From a plasmid: 50,949 nt of DNA. Positions 44,225 to 50,949 of the stretch are shown piece after piece; positions within the stretch are counted from its first letter, which is position 1; the number at the start of each line of letters is the position of its first letter. The stretch lies in the sequence record NZ_CP034927.1; one strand, 5' to 3'. A program made the position numbers and the translations under genes. The notes beneath the pieces are model-generated. The model searched no databases. It was not told the origin of the DNA and saw only the letters and a list, made by a program, of their open reading frames with translations.

Positions 44225-44818
44225 TTGAGCAAGGCCGAAACCATCCTCCAGGACACCACGATGCTCTTCAGCACCGACGTTCCCGACGACGAGGCCCGGC
44301 GCCGGCGGGCCCGGCTCTTCCGGCACTTCGCCGCCCAGCTCATGCCCACGGTGGCGGAGGCCAGCGATGCGGCCCTTCCGGCCGCAGCGGAGTTCGAGCG
44401 CCTGCACCGGCGCCTCGATGTCCTCGAGCGCCACATGGCCGATCTGATGTTCCTCCAGCTGTCCGCGCAGGACCTCCTGCTGGGCAAACGGCGGGACTTC
44501 TCGGTTCGCAGCCGCGAGCTCATCGTCGCGGCCCTGCGCCGGGCGCCCTACCGGGGCCGCTGCCCCTGCTGCGGCCACGAGCCCGTCCTCGACGAGGCGG
44601 GCATGCCGCTGGAGGCGACCGAGTTCGACCATGCCTTCCACCGCGGGCTGAACCGGCCCGAGCATGGCTGGCTGGTCTGCCGGCCCTGCCACCGCGAGAT
44701 GACCCATGGCGGCTATCTCGCGCGCTTCTCGCGCATCCACCAGTTCCGCGCCTTCCAGGGCGCGGTACTCGCCGGGCGCGAGCGATCCCGGGCCCGGCCC
44801 GCGGACGCCCCGTCCTGA
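44225..44818 (+). CDS. HNH-family endonuclease
   Basis: CPCCGHEPV...EFDHAFHRGLNRPEHGWLVCRPCHREMTHG carries HNH/zinc-finger-like signatures. The real start may be the internal ATG (MLFSTD...). Confidence 0.6.
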   Translation: MSKAETILQDTTMLFSTDVPDDEARRRRARLFRHFAAQLMPTVAEASDAALPAAAEFERLHRRLDVLERHMADLMFLQLSAQDLLLGKRRDFSVRSRELIVAALRRAPYRGRCPCCGHEPVLDEAGMPLEATEFDHAFHRGLNRPEHGWLVCRPCHREMTHGGYLARFSRIHQFRAFQGAVLAGRERSRARPADAPS

Positions 44819-44843
44819 CGTTGGCACTCGCCAGCAACGCAAA

Positions 44844-44876
44844 GCCCCCGGCCTCGAAGGCCGGGGGCTTTTCGCG
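44844..44876 (+). terminator. rho-independent terminator (GCCCCCGGCC-TCGAA-GGCCGGGGGC then TTTTCGCGTTT)
   Basis: Read directly in the sequence, 25 bp after the HNH stop. Confidence 0.55.
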
Positions 44877-45050
44877 TTTCCGAGCCTGGCGGCTCCGGCG
44901 TCACCGGGCCGGAGCCGCGGCCTGTGGCAAACCGGGAACACGGCACGCCGCGGACAAATCCTGAGACGCCAACGTATCGAAATAACGCACTCGTTGCCTT
45001 GATGAGACAAAGGTTAACGATTACCGCCTTTCCCCGGCCCTGGAGGGGAT

Positions 45051-46811
45051 TTGCCAGACGTGTCCGGAACGCTGCCCACGGTTTCCCTCTTCGTCGCGAA
45101 GTCGACCCTGACCGAGGGGGCCGATACGGCCCTGAACGCGATCGTCACCCGCACGCCGTCCGAGCTGACGAGTTCCGTGACCGTGGAATTCTACATCCCC
45201 GTCACCACGCGCAATGTCGCCGGAGCGGACGACTTCGTCGGCGGCCTCGCCCCGAAGGTGGTGACCTTCGCCCCGGGCGAGACGTCCCAGGCGGTGAGCT
45301 GGGGCCTCGTCGACGACAACGTCCCGGAGGTCCCCGGCGCGATCGGCCTGTGGCTGCGCAACCCGGTCAATGCCACCGTCAGCACGAATGGCGGAGGATC
45401 GGCCGGCGTGGTCATCCAGGACAACGATCCGACCGATACGATGAGCATCGCCGCTGTCGGCGCCTCGGCCGTGCGGGAGGGCGATGCCTCGGACCAGGGC
45501 ACGCACAAGCTCACCTTCGACATCGTGCGTGAGGGCAACACCTCCTGGCCGGTCACCGCAGCGATCGTGATCGAGGCCGACACCTCGGCCGGCGCGCATT
45601 CGGCCTCGGCCGGCGACATTGTGGGCGGCTTCACCACGCAGTGGGTCTATTTCAATTACGGCGAGACCCATAAGACCTTCGAGGTCGCCATCGCCGGCGA
45701 CAGCCTCCTCGAGGGCAACGAGACCTTCGTGGTCCGTATTAGCAACACCTGGAGCCCGTCGGGCGCACCGGGCTTCCTGACCGGGATCGGCATCGCCGCA
45801 GTCACCGCGACGATCCTCGACGACGATACGCCGGTCGTGCCGGGCACCGCCGGCAACGACGTTCTGCACCATGTCGACGGCTCCCACATCTACGACGGCG
45901 GGGCCGGCTTCGACGTGCTGGACTACGGCGCGACAGGCCGCCGCGGCCTCGCCGTGACCCGCTCCGCCGAGGGCGACGTCGTCATCACCCATGGCGGCCA
46001 GACGGACACGCTGCGCTCGGTCGAGGAGGTCCGCCTGGCCGATGGGCGCCTTGTCTTCAACGAGGCCGACCCGGCGGCACAGGTGGTGCGGCTCTACCAC
46101 GCGGCCCTCGACCGCGATCCCGAGCAGCAGGGCCTGAACTTCTGGATCGACCGCCTCGGGGAAGGCCACGGCCTGCTCGATCTCGCGCAGAGCTTCCTCG
46201 CCAGCCCCGAATTCAACGCGCGCTACGGCAGCCTGACGGACAGCCAGTATGTCGACCGCCTCTACCAGAACGTCCTGGGCCGCGAGGGCGAGGCGGCGGG
46301 CAAGGCCTGGTGGCTGTCGCAGCTGGACAGCGGCCACAGCCGTGCCGAGGTGCTGCAGGGCTTCTCGGAGAGCGCCGAGAACAGGGCCAACACCGCCGGC
46401 CTCTGGCAGAACGGCATCTGGGATGTCGACGAGCACGCCCTGCAGGCCGCCCGGCTCTACGACACGGTGCTGGGGCGGCTGCCCGACGCCCCGGGACTGG
46501 CGTTCCAGGCCTCGCTGCTCGACAGCGGCGTCGCGCTGCGGGATGTCGCCGCGGCCTTCACCCGCAGCCCCGAGTTCCAGGCGAAGTACGGCGCCCTGAA
46601 TGACCGCCAGTTCGTATCCAACCTCTACCTGAACACGCTGCACCGGGCCGCCGAGCCGGCCGGGCTGGACCACTGGGTGGCCCAGCTGCAGGGCGGCGCC
46701 TCGCGCAGCGACGTGGTGCTGGGCTTCTCCGAGAGCCCGGAGCACATCGCCCTGACCGACCCGGACTTCATGTCCGACGATCCAGGCCACTACGGCATCG
46801 CCTTCGCCTGA
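45051..46811 (+). CDS. large secreted/surface protein with two Calx-beta-like domains and three C-terminal DUF4214-like repeats
   Basis: Calx-beta-like segments are VVTFAPGETSQAVSWGLVDDNVPE and THKTFEVAIAGDSLLEGNETFVV. There are three repeats of ...Y..LGR.PD..GL.FW...L..G.S...V...F..SPE. The start may be the GTG at 45060. Confidence 0.65.
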   Translation: MPDVSGTLPTVSLFVAKSTLTEGADTALNAIVTRTPSELTSSVTVEFYIPVTTRNVAGADDFVGGLAPKVVTFAPGETSQAVSWGLVDDNVPEVPGAIGLWLRNPVNATVSTNGGGSAGVVIQDNDPTDTMSIAAVGASAVREGDASDQGTHKLTFDIVREGNTSWPVTAAIVIEADTSAGAHSASAGDIVGGFTTQWVYFNYGETHKTFEVAIAGDSLLEGNETFVVRISNTWSPSGAPGFLTGIGIAAVTATILDDDTPVVPGTAGNDVLHHVDGSHIYDGGAGFDVLDYGATGRRGLAVTRSAEGDVVITHGGQTDTLRSVEEVRLADGRLVFNEADPAAQVVRLYHAALDRDPEQQGLNFWIDRLGEGHGLLDLAQSFLASPEFNARYGSLTDSQYVDRLYQNVLGREGEAAGKAWWLSQLDSGHSRAEVLQGFSESAENRANTAGLWQNGIWDVDEHALQAARLYDTVLGRLPDAPGLAFQASLLDSGVALRDVAAAFTRSPEFQAKYGALNDRQFVSNLYLNTLHRAAEPAGLDHWVAQLQGGASRSDVVLGFSESPEHIALTDPDFMSDDPGHYGIAFA

Positions 46812-46876
46812 AGGGTGAGCGGCAACGGGGCAGCGGACGGACCACCTCGACGCCGGCAGCCCCGGCGAACACCCAG

Positions 46877-46909
46877 GCCCCCGGCCATCACGGCCGGGGG
46901 CTTTTCGCG
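46877..46909 (+). terminator. rho-independent terminator, near-identical copy of the one at 44844 (GCCCCCGGCC-ATCAC-GGCCGGGGGC then TTTTCGCGTT)
   Basis: Read directly in the sequence, after the Calx-beta gene. Confidence 0.55.
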
Positions 46910-46937
46910 TTCCCACTGGACAGCGCTGGAAGAGGGG

Positions 46938-48101
46938 CTAGCCGGAAGTCCCCGATCCGGAGCGCTCCTTCTCCATAGGCCGCTCGTGCGCGCGGCTCTT
47001 CGGATCATGCCCCGCCTTGTCGCCGTCGCCGGATGGCTTGCGGAGCATGGGGGCGGTTCGGGCACGCTCAAGCGCCAAGGCATCGTGAAAGCGCCGCGCC
47101 GCGACCTGCCGCTTGCTGCGGTCGTAGTGCCCGCGGCCTGTCCGCAGGGTGATCGAGAGGATCGTGGGCCCGAGATGGGGATCGTCCGGAGCATCCATCA
47201 CGGCCGAGGTCATCAGCCCATGCCGGAAACTGTGCGGCCCGAAGACCCCATCCTTCCCGAAGCGCTTCTCCGACAGCCAGCGGATCCGCTTCTCCAGGCC
47301 GCGCGCTCCCAACGGCTCGCCGCCCCAGTTGATCCAGAAGGCCTCCGATGCGCGTCCAACCAGCAGCTCCAGCCGCTCCTGCGCGACGTAGCGGTCGATC
47401 CAGGGCGTGAGCACGGCCGGCAGCGGGCAGTTCTCGGCGTAGCGGGTCTTCGTGTCCTCGGGCCGCAGCCAGACCTCCCAGTGCCGGTCATCCCGGCGCA
47501 GGTGCTGGCCCAGCCGGAAGGCGGTGACCGTGCGCAGGCGGTAGCCGCGCGCCGCCAGGATGGCGATCAGCAGCCCGTCGCGCAACTGCACCTGCCGGCG
47601 CCGCGGAGAGCGTCTCGACGATCCCTCCATGAGATCCAGGCCCCATTGGAACATCACCGCGCTGTGATGGGCCGGCTTGTCGCGGACGCGCATCGGCAGC
47701 AGGTCGCGGACCGGCGTGCCGCCGGGACAGCGGATCCAGGCGTGGTCCCCGCCAGGGCCCAGGATCTGCAGCGCCATCTCGATCTCCTGCAGGCGGCCGA
47801 GCACCGTGTGGTCCGCGTTTCCCAGCGCGCGGAGCTCATCGAAGAACCGGCCGACGTTCTCTCCGGTCACCAGCGCCGCCGGCGGGAGGTCCGGATCGGG
47901 CAGCCCGTGCCACAGCAGGAAGCCCAGGAAGCGGCCCCAGCCTTCCTCGGCCTTGGTGATGCTGGCCAGCGCCCAGTGCCTTGCCTTGCACGGCCGGCGC
48001 GACCGCCGGCCCCGGCTGGCCAGGAACTCCTCCCAGATCCGGCGATGAGACGCCGGCCACTCGTGCAGGCGCAGGCAGCGCCGCCTGGGATCGGCGCTCA
48101 C
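46938..48101 (-). CDS. tyrosine site-specific recombinase (387 aa)
   Basis: The C-terminal catalytic region has ...GPHSFRHGLMTS...LRTGRGHY (R-H-R-Y pattern). It overlaps the upstream recombinase gene by ATGA. Confidence 0.75.
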   Translation of the reverse strand: MSADPRRRCLRLHEWPASHRRIWEEFLASRGRRSRRPCKARHWALASITKAEEGWGRFLGFLLWHGLPDPDLPPAALVTGENVGRFFDELRALGNADHTVLGRLQEIEMALQILGPGGDHAWIRCPGGTPVRDLLPMRVRDKPAHHSAVMFQWGLDLMEGSSRRSPRRRQVQLRDGLLIAILAARGYRLRTVTAFRLGQHLRRDDRHWEVWLRPEDTKTRYAENCPLPAVLTPWIDRYVAQERLELLVGRASEAFWINWGGEPLGARGLEKRIRWLSEKRFGKDGVFGPHSFRHGLMTSAVMDAPDDPHLGPTILSITLRTGRGHYDRSKRQVAARRFHDALALERARTAPMLRKPSGDGDKAGHDPKSRAHERPMEKERSGSGTSG

Positions 48102-49909
48102 CGGCCCACCCCCGCCCTGGCGACGGGACGCCGGACCAGGCGGGAGGCGAGGGCCAGGCCGCGCGTCTCCTCGCGCAGCCGCAGCACACTCCTGCCGAAG
48201 CGGAGCGCCGCCGCCTCCTTCTCGAACAGGATGTAGTGGCGCATCGTCGTTTCGATGGAGCGGTGCCCGAGGATGCGCCTGACCTCGTCGATCGCCTCCG
48301 GATAATGCCGCAGGTGCAGCCAGGCCGCGAAGCTGCGCATCAGGTGCGGGTTCACCTCGACACCGATCACCTCCCAGAGATGCGCCTTGAGGTGATGGGA
48401 CAAGGAGGATGCGCTGATCGGGCCGGCGCCGGCGCCGGGGAAGAGGTATGGATTGCCTTCATCCGTCAGGTCTGGCCGGTACGAGCGGATGTAGCGCTCG
48501 ATCAGCCTGGCGGACTCCTCCGGCACCGGCCACTCGATGGGCTCGCCGTTCTTGACCTCGTGGCCGGCGATCACGAGGTGGGTCAGCCGGCGTCCCTTGG
48601 GGCCAAGGTATCGCAGGTGCCGGTCGAGACGCAGCCCCAGCAGGTTGGACAACCGCATCGGGCAGATGGTCAGGATCTCCAGCATCGCCGCGAGCCGCGC
48701 CTGGCGGGCCGCCTCCACGGGCGTGAGGTCCTGGTCCTTCGCCAGCCGCATGAGCCTGGCCGGCTCGTGCAGCAGCCCGGCATAGGCTGCCGGCTGGGTC
48801 AGGGCCCGGATGCGTTCGCGCACCCGCAAGGGAAGGCCGGCCCTGGGGTCCGGCTTCGTGTCGGCGACCCACTCCCTGATCGTGGCGAGCGTTTCGGCAT
48901 CCAGGGGATCGTCCTTGCGTTCGGCGCAGTACTTGGCCACCCGCAGCAGGGCCACGGCCACGGTCCAGACCTGTCCGCCCCTGCGTTCGGTGGAGCGCTC
49001 GATGACGGCATCCAGGATGAGTTCCACCCGCTCGAGAGGCCAGACCAGGTCGCGCAGGGAGCGGATCTCCCCGGCCGGCACGCCGCCCAGCACCAGCAGG
49101 GCCGCGGCCTGCCGGATGGAGAAGAGCCGTGTCGTGATGGTCTGGGGGCGCAGCACATGGTGCCGCTTGCCTTGGAGACGTGACCGGCGCCAGATATTGC
49201 CCCCCTCGGCCGGCGCCAGCGTGGCGCTGAAGTCCTGAAGGTCGTCCTGAAAACTCTGGGGGTAATCCGTGAACGGCAGGGTGTAGGGCTGGCGGCGGCG
49301 GGGGGCTTTGAGGACAGGAAGCGGCATGCCGGAGGCGGCCACGACGTTGTTCCAGGCCCGCGCCACGACGACCGGGCGCCCGGCAGCCTTCGCGCCCAGG
49401 CGAATCCTCCTGTCGACCATGGCCCAGTCGGCCAGCACGGCGTCCGACATCGCTTCCGGCCCGATCCCGCGTTCGCCGCAGTATCTTGCCAAGTGCCGCA
49501 GGCAGGCAGCCTGCGCACCCTGACGGGCGTGGCCGAGCAAGGCCTGCCAGGCCGGGGACACACCCTCGAAGGTGCGCAGGTCCGGCGCATGCAGGTCCAG
49601 CCGCCGCAGCACCGCGCGCAATCCACTCACCATGTTGCCGAAGCGCTCGGTCCGCATGCGATGCGCACCCGGAGGCTTTCGGAACAGCGCGTCGTTCAGC
49701 CAGGCGACATCACAGGGTACCGCGGGCGGCGAGCGGTCCAGCAGGCGCGCGGCGGTCGCGAGGGCCGATCTGAGGTCGCGGCGGCGCGTCTCCGCCAGGT
49801 CGTCCCAGCCGGCCACGGCCGCGGCGGCATCGGCGAAGCTGGGCACCGTGGAGACGAGGGCCGGAGGGGCCGGCCGCATCCCGGCGGAGCGCGGATCGTG
49901 GTCTTGCAT
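48098..49909 (-). CDS. tyrosine site-specific recombinase, large form (about 600 aa)
   Basis: The catalytic region has ...HLMRSFAAWL...LGHRSIETTMRHY. The start codon choice is uncertain (alternative ATGs at 49954 and 50041). The ORF in the track extends to 50236 in a frame overlapping the next gene. Confidence 0.7.
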   Translation of the reverse strand: MQDHDPRSAGMRPAPPALVSTVPSFADAAAAVAGWDDLAETRRRDLRSALATAARLLDRSPPAVPCDVAWLNDALFRKPPGAHRMRTERFGNMVSGLRAVLRRLDLHAPDLRTFEGVSPAWQALLGHARQGAQAACLRHLARYCGERGIGPEAMSDAVLADWAMVDRRIRLGAKAAGRPVVVARAWNNVVAASGMPLPVLKAPRRRQPYTLPFTDYPQSFQDDLQDFSATLAPAEGGNIWRRSRLQGKRHHVLRPQTITTRLFSIRQAAALLVLGGVPAGEIRSLRDLVWPLERVELILDAVIERSTERRGGQVWTVAVALLRVAKYCAERKDDPLDAETLATIREWVADTKPDPRAGLPLRVRERIRALTQPAAYAGLLHEPARLMRLAKDQDLTPVEAARQARLAAMLEILTICPMRLSNLLGLRLDRHLRYLGPKGRRLTHLVIAGHEVKNGEPIEWPVPEESARLIERYIRSYRPDLTDEGNPYLFPGAGAGPISASSLSHHLKAHLWEVIGVEVNPHLMRSFAAWLHLRHYPEAIDEVRRILGHRSIETTMRHYILFEKEAAALRFGRSVLRLREETRGLALASRLVRRPVARAGVGR

Positions 49910-50033
49910 GGGTCGGATTTCCCGGTTTGGCCAAGGACGGCCAGGAGCGGCCATTCGTGCATCCGTAGCAGAGCTGAATACGAAATTTAGCGGGGCGACG
50001 GGCGCACGACGTCCGCCGGAGCGTTGATCCGGC

Positions 50034-50255
50034 TCAGTCATTTCCGGATCCCTCGGAAGAGCCGGTGTCGTCGCCGGCGCTGTCGGCCAGCGCGCGCTCG
50101 AGGTCCGCGAGGCGGATCCGCACGGTGCCGGCGATACGCACAGTGGGAAGCAGGCCGTGCTGGCGCCAGCGCCGCAACGTGCGGGCCGAGATGCCCAGGC
50201 GCTCGGTGACCTCGGCCAGGGTGAGCAGGCGCTCACCGGGATCGGGGGTGCTCAT
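50034..50255 (-). CDS. excisionase/AlpA-like HTH DNA-binding protein (73 aa)
   Basis: MSTPDPGERLLTLAEVTERLGISARTLRRWRQHGLLPTVRIAGTVRIRLADLERAL. Confidence 0.55.
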   Translation of the reverse strand: MSTPDPGERLLTLAEVTERLGISARTLRRWRQHGLLPTVRIAGTVRIRLADLERALADSAGDDTGSSEGSGND

Positions 50256-50477
50256 CAGAGGGCACCGCGGCGGAGCAGGCGACGCCCAACCTGCCCACGC
50301 CGCGGCGGCGGGAACCGGCGTGCCGCGGGATGAGATGTGTCCGGGGCAGTGCCCGGGACCGGAGGAGGGTGGGAAGGGTGTGTTTGCATGGCCGTGAGTG
50401 TCCGGCCACGGCCACCTCACGGTCACAGGACGAAAATGGACAATTCCGCCCTTTGACCGCCGTTCATTCCAGGTGCA

Positions 50478-50949
50478 TTATTCTTGGTTGCGCACCTTCT
50501 CCCGCATGGCTTGCTCGAAGGACCGTATGAAGGCATCGACCTGGCTCCGGTACGTCATGGGAGCTGGCATCCGGGCCAGCTTTTCGGCCTGGGCTCGGGA
50601 GAGGGGGCGCTGTTTCCCGAGCTGGAACGTCAGGGTTCCGCCCGCTTCCCTGATCGTGGTGGCATGTTTGGCTCCGATCCGCTCCGCGCGCTGGATCTTG
50701 CGGGCCTCATCCATGACCCGGTCACGCCGTTCCGCGTAGCGCTTCGCCAGAAGCGGGATCAGGTAGTCCTCCGTCAGCCAGTGCGACGGCGCGATGCACC
50801 GGTACATGTTGCCATCGGCCCGTGCCTCGCCGGGAAGATCCTGGAGGACATGGCGTACCAGGGCCGTGACGGTGGGATCGGTGCCAGCAAGGCGCAGCTC
50901 GTGCTCGGCCATCGCGACGAGCTGCGGATGGACGTCGACCGGGATGTTG
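50478..50949 (-). CDS. hypothetical protein, 5' end may lie outside window
   Basis: The frame is open to the window edge. An ATG at 50912 is a possible start. No family is recognised. Confidence 0.3.
   Translation of the reverse strand, partial: NIPVDVHPQLVAMAEHELRLAGTDPTVTALVRHVLQDLPGEARADGNMYRCIAPSHWLTEDYLIPLLAKRYAERRDRVMDEARKIQRAERIGAKHATTIREAGGTLTFQLGKQRPLSRAQAEKLARMPAPMTYRSQVDAFIRSFEQAMREKVRNQE

Noticed and set aside
50256-50477. Possible tRNA gene as integration target next to the recombinase/xis module
   Set aside because: No tRNA-like cloverleaf signatures (for example GGTTCGAATCC-type T-arm) were seen by eye. This cannot be excluded without tRNAscan.

Overview
This 50.9-kb window is a high-GC (about two-thirds G+C by eye) mosaic that looks plasmid-derived, from an alphaproteobacterium (Acetobacteraceae/Rhizobiales-like codon usage); it is dominated by insertion sequences and plasmid maintenance genes.

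Two identical 3150-bp IS66-family copies in inverted orientation (3594..6743 and 16345..19494) bracket a 9.6-kb segment. That segment carries an IS6 element, a truncated MmeI-like RM gene, a serine recombinase, a DUF4160/DUF2442 pair, a RecD2-like helicase and a lower-GC mini-replicon (parA, RHH ParG-like gene, iterons, RPA-type repA). The 8-bp target duplications are swapped between the two copies, and a vapB-like antitoxin and an IS256 transposase gene are each split across them. This is a clear signature that the 9.6-kb segment has inverted by recombination between the IS copies.

Other mobile DNA:
- a complete IS1182-like element plus a remnant of a second one
- two IS427-group (IS5 family) elements, one with a -1 frameshift window
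- an IS701/IS4-like element
- IS110 and IS3 fragments

Other modules:
- toxin-antitoxin pairs: phd-doc, RHH-mazF/pemK, a frameshifted vapBC
- a PAS/HWE histidine kinase
- a yhiI-rbbA-yhhJ-like ABC operon
- a plasmid-borne kaiC plus pseudo-receiver histidine kinase plus DUF1612-like HTH gene, preceded by a roughly 290-bp degenerate palindrome
- an RTX-like repeat protein
- a three-gene operon with a HARP-like domain protein under a divergent XRE regulator, near a stand-alone HNH nuclease
- a Calx-beta/DUF4214 protein
- two adjacent tyrosine recombinases with an excisionase-like HTH

A roughly 1-kb strikingly AT-rich islet with two small ORFs sits between IS1182-like ends. No rRNA, tRNA or CRISPR array was recognised. 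Many long ORFs in the supplied track are antisense or mirror-frame artefacts of high-GC DNA (low third-position GC) and are not called.
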